A DNA stretch of 64,000 bases. It comes from a virus (lineage: Duplodnaviria > Caudoviricetes). Position 1 is the stretch's first letter; the number at the start of each line of letters is the position of its first letter. The DNA lies in IMG/VR virus record IMGVR_UViG_3300018494_000083. One strand, given 5' to 3'. Positions 48,665 to 58,600 of the stretch are shown one piece after another. The notes beneath the pieces were generated by a model, which had not been told where the DNA came from, ran no database searches, and was given only the letters and a program-made list of their open reading frames with translations. Position numbers and translations under genes: made by a program.

Positions 48665-49792
48665 TCAGATAACAGCGTTAAGCAAGGGTGTATTCTTAAT
48701 CACATAAGATCTCAGACCATCCATGTCGAGGTTATCAGAACCGGTCTGATTTGTGTAGAAAGGAATACAAGCAAGGCTGATACCTGAATAGGTATGTCTG
48801 CTATCGGGAGAATCGATTTTACATTGGATATCAGATCCATTACCTACGTACTCAAGGTCATTAACCTCAGCACCAAGGGTAGAAAAGATCTCGATTCTGA
48901 ATGTAGAGTTATACTGGGGTTGGAATCCAGTGAAATCAAAACGCACTTTGTGTTCATCATAAAGAACTTCGTAGTAGATGACATTCTCTTCATAGTAGTT
49001 AGTATCATATTTCGGAACTGCCTTCATAAAAGTGAATGTCGAGCTATCGGATTCTTTATAATAAATATTGAAGTAAGAGAACTGGTTGGTATAATCAAAA
49101 TCGATACCAGTCAGGGAGATGGTATCGTTCTCGGTTACAACATAGTCATGCTTAGTTTTGGTAAGCTGTTTGAGTTGAACTCTGAAGAGTACAACTTTCG
49201 TTTTATTTCCAGTTCTGTAGCAAGGAATGTGTTCATGTTGAATATCTTCAGACACATTCATTTCAGGATAAACATAATCAGTTGTAGAGGTTACATCAGT
49301 ATCTCCATAACCGAGATATCTTGCACTGTAAACATACTGACTTGTTTCCTCGGACCAAAGAGCAGTAAGCTCAATGTCGTACTCGGGCTTGAAGACATAG
49401 TTATTGATTGTGATAACAAGGTCTTTCTCAAGAACGAGTTTGTATGTTTTCGGGTTAGTGCTAACTACCTTACCAAAATTAATAATATCATCGGACTTTA
49501 CACCGAGGAAGGTATGAATAGAAGTAGGTGTAGCATTAGGAATCTTTAACCCGATCTTATAAGCAGCATATTCAAGAGTAGATCTCTTCATAGCTGTCTT
49601 GGGAAGGTATTCGTTTGCTCTTACTGACGAGTCATATAAGGAAGATCCATACATATGTGCCAGCGACTCAGTAAGAAGTCCAAACATACCAATTCTTTGT
49701 GTACTTAAATCTTCACCGAAATAGTTCTTACCCATCTCAGTAATTGTTTGGATAAGATCATATTCAGAAGAAATATGGATAAGTTCTGACAT
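48665..49792 (-). CDS. Baseplate wedge protein (gp6/J-like), N-terminal part
   Basis: IGMFGLLTESL...ANEYLPKTAMKRSTL...STLGAEVN pattern. Confidence 0.65.
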   Translation of the reverse strand: MSELIHISSEYDLIQTITEMGKNYFGEDLSTQRIGMFGLLTESLAHMYGSSLYDSSVRANEYLPKTAMKRSTLEYAAYKIGLKIPNATPTSIHTFLGVKSDDIINFGKVVSTNPKTYKLVLEKDLVITINNYVFKPEYDIELTALWSEETSQYVYSARYLGYGDTDVTSTTDYVYPEMNVSEDIQHEHIPCYRTGNKTKVVLFRVQLKQLTKTKHDYVVTENDTISLTGIDFDYTNQFSYFNIYYKESDSSTFTFMKAVPKYDTNYYEENVIYYEVLYDEHKVRFDFTGFQPQYNSTFRIEIFSTLGAEVNDLEYVGNGSDIQCKIDSPDSRHTYSGISLACIPFYTNQTGSDNLDMDGLRSYVIKNTPLLNAVI

Positions 49793-49795
49793 ATA

Positions 49796-51250
49796 TTATA
49801 CCCACCTTAATTTATATTGACCGTCATTCTTTGCTGCTCGATTCTTCGAAGAACTATCACTACCACTCATTGCCATAGAATCGCCCATAGTAATATAGGG
49901 ACCATTGACATATGGTACACCATGAATTCCAAGTTCAGGTAAATAGTTCGGATAGAAAGCAGCAGCTTCACCGGTACCATCAATGTAATAGTATCTCATG
50001 GCATTTCCACAATTAATGTTTTTCTTACCATAATAACTCATGATAGTATCGATAAGTCGTTGATCGGCTGTCATGTTTTTACTCTTAAGTGTATCGGTTA
50101 CTGAGGTTGCAAAAGATGCCAACGAGCTATGAGGACTCGTTGAGCTGTTGAGGTTATCGACTGCAATCTTATTCTTATTGATATCCATTCTGATATAATC
50201 TGAACGGATCTTGTAGAGTGCATTCATCTCCATCAAATGTGCCTCATGTTGTACCGATCTCATGGAGTATGCGAAGTTAATCGTATACTTAAGATCCTTG
50301 TCATTGATGCCATCTTGAGTAGCAAAGATATCATCAGGAACACTCAGCGGGAATATACCAGTGAGTTTTTCCCAATAAATGATATTCTCCATAGTCTCAT
50401 CGGTTACTACATAGTAAGCAGATGCGGCATAGTCAAGGATACCGAGACCAATATAACGGCGATAAGGAGATGCATAACCAAGTGTAACAGCTTGGATATA
50501 CTCAGCCCATAACTTAATTGTATAGAACAAAGAAAGGTCACGGCGATCAGTAAATTCCATACTAACCGTTCCTGCAACCTTATGTTTGAATGTAGGCTCA
50601 CCATAGAGAACAGAGTTTCCATGGAAAGTCTTAGCCATCTCAGTATAGTCAATCTCTCTCTGAGCAGGTGCATAACCACTGAACTGGTTGGTCATGATGG
50701 CTAACCAGGGTGTTTCGAATTTAGGATCAACAAATGCTGCGAGAGACTTGAAGATTCGTTTACCTAGGGCTTCGCCCGATGAAAACTCATTCTTACCGAG
50801 ATTGAAGATATAGTTAAATGTAGGAAGTCGTCCAAGGTCATCATTGATTTTATCAGTATTCGCTTTGTAGCTACTCAGCGAATTCGTGGTAGTCTTAAAG
50901 AGATTCATATTCGGTCTTGTCATGAATAAGAATCCTTTAGTAGAGAGACGACTTTCTGGTACCTGTAGTTTAAAGCGATTTATCTTGGTAATCTGCCTTG
51001 TATCATTAGGAACACTGACCATCAATTCATAGGCAGCAGCTCTTTCAAGTTCAGTAGGCGTACTGACGCTCGTGTTATTACTGATAAACTTATCATCGGC
51101 GTCTTTTGCAGCTTTCGCAATCTTGTCATAATCAGCTGTAACCTGCTTAGCAAGTGCATTTTGGTTATTTGCAACAGTTGCTGTTGACATTGCTGCTTGC
51201 ACTGCTTTCTTTACTTTGTTGATCAAGTTCAAAAAGTTAGATAATGCCAT
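49796..51250 (-). CDS. Putative tail tube initiator/baseplate protein
   Basis: FLFMTRPNMN...LTGIFPLSVP...INFAY tube-like fold hints; late motif at 51277. Confidence 0.55.
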   Translation of the reverse strand: MALSNFLNLINKVKKAVQAAMSTATVANNQNALAKQVTADYDKIAKAAKDADDKFISNNTSVSTPTELERAAAYELMVSVPNDTRQITKINRFKLQVPESRLSTKGFLFMTRPNMNLFKTTTNSLSSYKANTDKINDDLGRLPTFNYIFNLGKNEFSSGEALGKRIFKSLAAFVDPKFETPWLAIMTNQFSGYAPAQREIDYTEMAKTFHGNSVLYGEPTFKHKVAGTVSMEFTDRRDLSLFYTIKLWAEYIQAVTLGYASPYRRYIGLGILDYAASAYYVVTDETMENIIYWEKLTGIFPLSVPDDIFATQDGINDKDLKYTINFAYSMRSVQHEAHLMEMNALYKIRSDYIRMDINKNKIAVDNLNSSTSPHSSLASFATSVTDTLKSKNMTADQRLIDTIMSYYGKKNINCGNAMRYYYIDGTGEAAAFYPNYLPELGIHGVPYVNGPYITMGDSMAMSGSDSSSKNRAAKNDGQYKLRWV

Positions 51251-51384
51251 AGGTATCCTCCTCTCTTCTTATCTTATAATAAATTGTTTCTATTATAAGT
51301 CGGAAATTACTGGCTATTTCGTAAACAATAATATAAATTAATGAATTTATTTATTAAAAATATATCTTAAAGGAGGATGAAATA

Positions 51385-52539
51385 ATGGCAGATACTTTGA
51401 AGAATATCGCTGACTTTGCGGATAAATTTGATAGCAATTTCAAGGTTGTTCCGAAGATGACGTCTATCTCCGCTCAGGCAACGAAGTCTACCTATTATTT
51501 TCCGATCTTAGTATCTAAGAATGTCTCCATGAAGACCGCTAATCTCATTTCCACAAACCTTGAGACTATGTACGGTTATTTCATGCGTGCATGTTTTGCT
51601 CTTACCCCTGCTATTAAGGTTAAGGGAGATGTCAACGTTGAAGAATATCTGAAGAGATTCCATCAGAATTCCGGCGTGGCTAGAAATAAATTTGGAATTA
51701 TCTTGAGGGAGGAAGTTGAAGAGTTCAAGTTTCTTCCTAATGAACCGCTCAACGAGGCAGGTAAGTATTGCAAGGATGACTACATGGGTGCAGCAGATGA
51801 TGTGATCGCCTCTGTTAAGTCTGCAAACGATCTCAAAGAGCAACTCAAAGCAAAGGCAGCCATTGATTTCGCAAAAGGATCCTGGGATGCTGGCAAGCTT
51901 GAGAAAGTAAATGGTATGACACCTTCCGTTATGCCTGTAACCTGTCAGTTCCTTGTTGACGGACATGATAAGCCGGTTGAAGTTAAGATTCCTGTCGGAA
52001 TCAAAGTTATGCTTCATCCTGCAGAGCCTGTTGATATCAATGATCGTGTTGCTGATGCAATTGTTGGTCATGGTGTAATCAAGAGCCTCGTTCGCTGGAC
52101 TTCTGGTGAAGTTGAGTCTCTCGGTGATATGCTCTTCGGTACTACTCGTATGAAGAAAAACATTTCTGGGGAAACCAAGATGGATCAGTGGTTCGATGTA
52201 ATCGAGCGTCGTAAGAGAATCAACAAGCTTTCTCTCGGACTGGCTGCTAAGAAGCCTTTCCTTCCCAACATGACTATTCATCTCTCTACTTACGATGTAG
52301 AAGAGATTGAAAGAAAAACAAAAGTAAATCTTCTCAAGAATATCAATATGGCTCAGCGTCTCGTTAAAGAGTGCTTCTTGCTTGCTCTCGTTATCACTGA
52401 CGATGCTTATGAGACTGCTTACATCCTTTACGATGGTCATAATGACTTCGAGGAGATTCCTTTCAATACAATCAAGCGTGAGAATGATAAGACTTCCGAT
52501 ACCATGGTAAGTATTCTCAAAACTTTCGCTGGTAAATAA
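51385..52539 (+). CDS. Putative virion (head) protein
   Basis: AGGAGG SD; late motif at 51324; PLNEA. Confidence 0.7.
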   Translation: MADTLKNIADFADKFDSNFKVVPKMTSISAQATKSTYYFPILVSKNVSMKTANLISTNLETMYGYFMRACFALTPAIKVKGDVNVEEYLKRFHQNSGVARNKFGIILREEVEEFKFLPNEPLNEAGKYCKDDYMGAADDVIASVKSANDLKEQLKAKAAIDFAKGSWDAGKLEKVNGMTPSVMPVTCQFLVDGHDKPVEVKIPVGIKVMLHPAEPVDINDRVADAIVGHGVIKSLVRWTSGEVESLGDMLFGTTRMKKNISGETKMDQWFDVIERRKRINKLSLGLAAKKPFLPNMTIHLSTYDVEEIERKTKVNLLKNINMAQRLVKECFLLALVITDDAYETAYILYDGHNDFEEIPFNTIKRENDKTSDTMVSILKTFAGK

Positions 52540-52549
52540 GGAGGATCAT

Positions 52550-53629
52550 ATGAATAAATATCTCACATATACTGAAGGTTGTGAAGTTGTATCCTTCCTT
52601 AACGAAAATGCAATGCTTCCTACTATTCCTCTCAATGAGGATGCCCAGCTTTCTGCTGGTTCTGCGGTTGTAGATAAAATGCTCGACCTCACTCTTTCGA
52701 GATATAACAAGATCGATTTCGGCGAGATCGAAAAGTCCCGTGGTGACGTAACCAACTGCAGAATGTATAAGAACCTGAGAGAGGCTATTGATATCCTTTG
52801 TGATATCGACATGACTACTCATAAGATTCCTGGTGCTGTTGTAGTTTCGACTGCACTTAACAATCTTCTGACTCTCAAGAATAACTTTATGTATGGCTTC
52901 AGAACTAAGAATTCTCTTGCCATCATCCTTTACAATACGATGTACTACTCGGTTGTTGAAGCTACCTCTTACCTCATCGCTACTTCGGTAGACTTTGCTA
53001 AGAACGGTAACAAGATGGAGTACACTGCTCACGAGATCAACAACAGAGATGTAGTTCTCATCAATAATCTCAACAAGTTTAACCAGAAGGTTGCTGACGG
53101 TGTGGTAATTAAGTTTATCAACACTGCTCACGATACCGAGGTTGAATATAAAGCAAGTGGCGAAACTCTTACTGAGGCTTCGTTCTTCTCTGATAGCCTT
53201 GATGTTATCAGAAAGATTCTCGGCAAGTTTGGTCACATTGAAGAGAAACTTGGTGACAATGGAAAGATCAGCAAGAAGCTTAATCTTACTACTACCGGTA
53301 AGATTGCAGTTGGCTTTGCTTCTGCAGCTGCTCTGATTTACCTTATGGTAAACATCATTCCGATCATCAAGTCTTGTATCTATGTAATTTACAGACTTCG
53401 TCATAAGATCAGCGAATCCGCTAAGATCCAGGCTGAGCTCATCGAGATGAACATTGAGATTCTCAAGGAGCAGGGTGCCGATGAAGATGTAATTGCAAAA
53501 CAGGAAAAGGCGGCTGAAAGATTCCGTAAGATCGCCGACAAATTTGCTCTCGATTGTGATAAGTCCGAGAGAGATGCAAAGAAGGACACGAACGAGGATA
53601 AGATCGATGCGACGGAAGTAATTATTTAA
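52550..53629 (+). CDS. Putative virion (head) protein
   Basis: AGGAGG SD; LNEN/LNED/LTEA. Confidence 0.7.
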   Translation: MNKYLTYTEGCEVVSFLNENAMLPTIPLNEDAQLSAGSAVVDKMLDLTLSRYNKIDFGEIEKSRGDVTNCRMYKNLREAIDILCDIDMTTHKIPGAVVVSTALNNLLTLKNNFMYGFRTKNSLAIILYNTMYYSVVEATSYLIATSVDFAKNGNKMEYTAHEINNRDVVLINNLNKFNQKVADGVVIKFINTAHDTEVEYKASGETLTEASFFSDSLDVIRKILGKFGHIEEKLGDNGKISKKLNLTTTGKIAVGFASAAALIYLMVNIIPIIKSCIYVIYRLRHKISESAKIQAELIEMNIEILKEQGADEDVIAKQEKAAERFRKIADKFALDCDKSERDAKKDTNEDKIDATEVII

Positions 53630-53636
53630 AAGAGAG

Positions 53637-55295
53637 GTGACTGATATGCCAGAGATCTCTAAAATGGATAAGTTACTGACGATGCTCGAATCAGCTACCG
53701 TTGAAACAGATAAGTATTCTACTTCTCTTAATGAGGAGATTGATATCAAACTTGCTTCTGTATTCGATAAGGTTAATAGCTTCATCAACGTATTCCCAAG
53801 AGTTTCTTCCTCTTATAAGACGGAGGAACTTCATCAGCTTATTAACCAGGTCAACTCTATTCATCTTGATGGAGGTTACAGAGCATCTACTTATCCTAAT
53901 ATGCAGATTGGTGTAGCATCCAATACTCTTAATGTAACATCGTTGTTCGATTTCGTTTTGAACGAGATCAAAAAGCATTCAGCCAAACCATCGCAAACTT
54001 TTAACCCGACACATATAAATCAGAAGGCAATCGCCAATGCATGTAAACAGTGCACAGGAAAGATGCCTTCTGAGCTTATGACTCTTCCCGAGTTCAAGTA
54101 TCAGTTCCAACTTGCTGTGTTTGGTGGCTTTAACAAAATTATTGTCATTCCTAATCTCAATAGGCTGACAAATAATGCGTTAAGAGTGCCGATAATGATT
54201 AAATTTATCGACAATAGATTAATACACCAACATATTTCTCAACTTAAGAAATACAAATCTGATCTTGAGGCTGAATTCGATTCCTTGGAAGCGAAGGATC
54301 CTAGTCTTATGAAGTACTTCAATGCTTATGCCGATGCAATTGGATTAGCTATTGAGAACACTCTTAGGATTTATAAGATCATGAGGAATGTTTATACACA
54401 ATACGATATCGAGTTCCGAAATGTTCTTCGTAACATAGTCGAACACAATAAATCGAATAACGAATCTGTTATTGAGACTAATCTCCTAGAGACGGCTAAT
54501 TTTATTAGCTCTGCAGTTAAGCCTCTTCGTAAGATCTCGTCCAATATCAGCGAGGTTCTGAATGAGTCTGCGTCTCCGGATACGGATTATAATATATCAG
54601 AATCATTAAACAATTTTCTTGCAGACTTCAAAGAAAGAGCATTTGCTACTAAAGAGGATAGGCTCAAGATCCGTACTCGTTATTTGACTGAAATGGGTTT
54701 GGTTACCAAGCGACTTAACCTTGTAGATGCGTTCGTTCGCAAAAATCCCGATATCCAAATTCAAGCATATTCCAATATCAATCGTCTCTTCGATATAGAA
54801 GAGCTCGAAAAGCAACTGTCTAAAAATGCTCAGTTTTTAACTGATATTTTAGAACATTGTGATAAGTACAGTAATAAAGACATAAAATTCTTTATCAAGG
54901 AAATGATTCCGTCAAGTTTACAGCATTGTATTCCTGATAGTGAAGTGAATTTCATTGGTGTACTTTTAACTCAAATTTCGCAAATGATATGTGGTGATAA
55001 TCGGTACATTCATCCGGATATCTATGTCATATCCCAAAATATTGTATCTATCCCAAATTACTTGGGTATAATAGATAGCCACATAAACAATCTCGTTTCA
55101 TTAATTGAACATACAATTAATGAATTGGTTGCTAGTAGTTCTTCTGCTAGTAACGAACTCAAAATGGTAATTGATGTAATAACAAACGCGGCATTCGCGT
55201 ATCTTGCAATAATTCTTAATGTTTACAAAGATCTATCTATTATAGAAGATTCGGCACTACATGCGGTTACAGCAATTTCCGAAATGTTAGACTGA
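53637..55295 (+). CDS. Putative virion protein
   Basis: 552-aa ORF; LESA/LNEE/LNES. Confidence 0.7.
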   Translation: MTDMPEISKMDKLLTMLESATVETDKYSTSLNEEIDIKLASVFDKVNSFINVFPRVSSSYKTEELHQLINQVNSIHLDGGYRASTYPNMQIGVASNTLNVTSLFDFVLNEIKKHSAKPSQTFNPTHINQKAIANACKQCTGKMPSELMTLPEFKYQFQLAVFGGFNKIIVIPNLNRLTNNALRVPIMIKFIDNRLIHQHISQLKKYKSDLEAEFDSLEAKDPSLMKYFNAYADAIGLAIENTLRIYKIMRNVYTQYDIEFRNVLRNIVEHNKSNNESVIETNLLETANFISSAVKPLRKISSNISEVLNESASPDTDYNISESLNNFLADFKERAFATKEDRLKIRTRYLTEMGLVTKRLNLVDAFVRKNPDIQIQAYSNINRLFDIEELEKQLSKNAQFLTDILEHCDKYSNKDIKFFIKEMIPSSLQHCIPDSEVNFIGVLLTQISQMICGDNRYIHPDIYVISQNIVSIPNYLGIIDSHINNLVSLIEHTINELVASSSSASNELKMVIDVITNAAFAYLAIILNVYKDLSIIEDSALHAVTAISEMLD

Positions 55296-55332
55296 ATCGA
55301 TCCCTATGTAAATATGAGGAGGATTATACATT

Positions 55333-56319
55333 ATGACTATTACGTATGAACAGGCATATAATAAGCTTGATTCCATTGTTGAGTCCGCTCTCGTTAACTT
55401 CGAATGTGAGGTTCTTACTGAGGGTGTGGATGTCGGCAAGGCATTCCGTGTAGTTAAGGCTGCAATCATCAAGCTTATCGATACTGTAATCAATTTCGTT
55501 AAGCAGCTTGCTGTTAAGTTCAAGGCAAGAGGCATCGACAGCGTTCCTTACAAGGCTGGCGAGCTCAAGGCTGCTGTTGATCGTGCAACTGCTGACTCTC
55601 TTTGCGCTAGCATCTCTAAGGTAGCTGGCGATCTCCGCAACGGCGACGTTAACACCAACGCTAACGCTGCTATCAAACTCGGTGAGAGAACCACTGCTGA
55701 CGGTACTGTTAGCAAGGCTGACATCATCGCTATCCTGAACACTGTTCACAAGACCACTGCTCAGCTTAAGGCTGAGATCAACCGCTACGCTGATAACGAT
55801 CCCGACGCTGCTAAGAAGCTCGAGATCATCAAGGGCTACGTAACTAAGCTCAACCAGGTTGCTAACGCAGTTGCTACTGTTGTTGGTAAGGCTGGTGAGT
55901 CTGCTCGTGCAGATGCAAAGGCTCAGAAGGCTGCAAACGCTGCTAAGGCTGCTGCTGGTAAGGCAGAAGTTCCTTCTACTCAGAGCGAGTCTGCAACGGT
56001 TCGTATGGCTAAGCTTCTTGTTGAGGCTGCTGCTATCCTTGAGGAGGCTGAAGGCGGCGATGCTGCTGTTGAGGCACATCCTTATGTTGACGGTATCGAG
56101 GGCGGCGAAGGTACTCAGGATCCTATCGATGATATCCCTGAGGAGAAGCCCGAAGAGGCTGCAGCTCCTGCTCCCGAAGTTTCCGGTGGCGAGGGTGCTC
56201 CCGTAGATCTTGAGGAGATCAAGGAACTTGTTGGCGACGACAAGGAAGCTATCGCTCTCATGACTGAGGACGAAGGCTCCGCTGTATGCGAGGCTGTTGA
56301 AATCGACTTTGGTTTCTGA
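55333..56319 (+). CDS. Putative abundant internal head protein
   Basis: Strong codon bias, Ala-rich, acidic tail; LTEG. Confidence 0.7.
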   Translation: MTITYEQAYNKLDSIVESALVNFECEVLTEGVDVGKAFRVVKAAIIKLIDTVINFVKQLAVKFKARGIDSVPYKAGELKAAVDRATADSLCASISKVAGDLRNGDVNTNANAAIKLGERTTADGTVSKADIIAILNTVHKTTAQLKAEINRYADNDPDAAKKLEIIKGYVTKLNQVANAVATVVGKAGESARADAKAQKAANAAKAAAGKAEVPSTQSESATVRMAKLLVEAAAILEEAEGGDAAVEAHPYVDGIEGGEGTQDPIDDIPEEKPEEAAAPAPEVSGGEGAPVDLEEIKELVGDDKEAIALMTEDEGSAVCEAVEIDFGF

Positions 56320-56356
56320 TTTGTATCACCACAGTTGATATAAACTTTGAATAAAT

Positions 56357-56392
56357 ATGGCAGACGGATTAATTTCCGTCTGCCATTTTTTT
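56357..56392 (+). terminator. Intrinsic terminator preceding array 3
   Basis: ATGGCAGACGGA...TCCGTCTGCCAT followed by a T-run. Confidence 0.85.
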
Positions 56393-56403
56393 GTTTATTT
56401 TTT

Positions 56404-57833
56404 ACTCCATGTATAGGAACTGATCGTCCATTGCCAATATATAATCATCTTGTCAGAAATGTAGGTGCATCATTTAGTACTGGAGCAGATTATGTTTATT
56501 CTGCGTATGACTCCAACAAATGTAAATGATAATAGAGAAATGTACGGAACAAGTTTAATGCTCTTTTCAGGTGAGGGATTTATTAAAATGCATTCAACTG
56601 TGCGAGCATCCCTTGGTGACTACTCCACATAAAGTGCTACATTATGATAGAGAGAATTATGGCAATTCATTAGTTCTATATGATGGACGATCATACGCCG
56701 ATTCATATTATTCTGTAACTTATCAGATTGGTGGATATACTCCATTAAAAGATATAGGATATAATAATTACGAAAAACTCAACGGAATAAACCCAAGTGG
56801 ACAACCAGAGATGAAATACATGTGGATTCCAAATACCGAAAATGACGTCGGTGAGTAACTCCAACCCTTTGGTCTATTTATGATTATAATTATGATATAT
56901 TATACAGAATGGCAGATTATGGAGATTTAATTCTTGGTTCTGCTAGTCAATTATTTGGTGCCCATACTCCAGATACATGCTTTGAAATATTATCAATTGA
57001 ATCAACCAAATGGAAAGTAATTCATAATACTGGTGTAACTGTTGGCGGTCACGGAATTAGAGTCACTGACATTCCGGCTGGTGCAGGTGTTTGACTCCAG
57101 CAATGAATGAATTAAAAGCAGTGATTAATTATTCTGCATTTTTCTGGTTTTGGGATAGTATGTTATATTATGGATATATGCCAAATCATAACATTCCTGT
57201 TTGCACTCCTCTATCAAATCGATCTATATCAGATCTTGAGGGAGATCAGATACGATTTGCTGCATTATACAAAGATGCTGATGTATATTGACATTCCGTA
57301 AATTCTTGGATTTATGGTACTCCATATTCTCCTGGAGAATCTGCAACTTATTATATTGATAACAGCGGAAATAGTTCACCAAGAACAGGCAATATATTAG
57401 AAACTAGAGGTGTGACTCCGCAAGGAAAGATAGATCCATCAGCAAAAGCAGTAAATATCAATATTGCATATAATGGTCTTCCATCTTTACAGAACCCATC
57501 AGTGTCAGTTTGTGAATTACTCCAGTTAGAGAAAATGAATATGGACCACTTTATCACTTTGTCCTTGAAGCTACAGGTATTTCTAGAGGTGCGGGATGGT
57601 GTAGTACTCTTACTCTGACTGGTGTTAATTATTCACTCCTGAGGGTAGATCTTTATCTCACATAATATCGAATAAGGGAGAAGATAATCCTAGGTATACA
57701 AATATAGATACCAAATGGGGTGTTTGTTATTACTCCACAAGCGAAAATTCAAAGTGGAATAAAAACGGTATATCTCTTTATATCTGATTTTGGATTTTAT
57801 AGTATAGGTAATCCGAGCACACAAAAGTATGTT
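56404..57833 (+). repeat. Variable-region cassette array 3 (13 units)
   Basis: ACTCC-initiated units; 12 are open and one has an in-frame TGA (57289-57291); unit 12 ends GGTGTTTG like the target flank. Confidence 0.88.
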
Positions 57834-57898
57834 TTTCAGCATTTATATACAGGAGTCAGATCATAACTGACGAACATTTATATAATAACTTCCGAAGG

Positions 57899-58600
57899 GT
57901 GGTAATGAACATGCAGACTTTTATCGAAATCAAAGATAAATTCAATACCCATGTCTGCAATGGTGAATCATTGCACGACACTTATGTGAAGTATCTCGTT
58001 GATATATTCGAGGAATTTCAGACCCATGTCCAGCATTGGAGAGATGTGGTTAAACATAGAAATCGTATTCTTACTTTCAACCTTGTATATGGTGATGACG
58101 CTACTACCGATACCGATATTAGTGTCTCCTTTAAGAATATCATCATGTATCGCAATCTTCTTCTTAAGGATATGCTTAAGGATAAACTCGGTCACAATAT
58201 TATCAGTTATGAAAACTTCACATCTAACTTCCACAATATTCTTGGTCCTACCAGAATGGTATCTTTGGATTTGATGAACAGTAGCAAGATGAATATCATT
58301 ACCAACATCTCTACAATTATCACTTACATCACATCTATGTACCAGAGATTCTCATCTCTCAAGGTAATGAGCCAAAATGAAAAGGAAGTATATCTTGACA
58401 AGCTCTGGCTCTTTGTTACTCTTTGTAATAATTCAGTCATTGCAATCCGTACAGCCACTTCAGCGCTTAAGAACTATCTTCCCGTTGAAGAGGTTGATTA
58501 TATGTCTATGAAGCGTCCAGCTGAGGGAATTCATTTCAACGAAATCCCCAACGACGTCACTATGACAAGAGAGGAGGAATCTAAGGATGATTCCGAATAA
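57899..58600 (+). CDS. Hypothetical protein
   Basis: 233-aa ORF; late motif at 57873. Confidence 0.7.
   Translation: MVMNMQTFIEIKDKFNTHVCNGESLHDTYVKYLVDIFEEFQTHVQHWRDVVKHRNRILTFNLVYGDDATTDTDISVSFKNIIMYRNLLLKDMLKDKLGHNIISYENFTSNFHNILGPTRMVSLDLMNSSKMNIITNISTIITYITSMYQRFSSLKVMSQNEKEVYLDKLWLFVTLCNNSVIAIRTATSALKNYLPVEEVDYMSMKRPAEGIHFNEIPNDVTMTREEESKDDSE

Noticed and set aside
57289-57291. Genome-wide stop-codon reassignment
   Set aside because: Genes are full-length under the standard code and end normally in TAA, TAG or TGA
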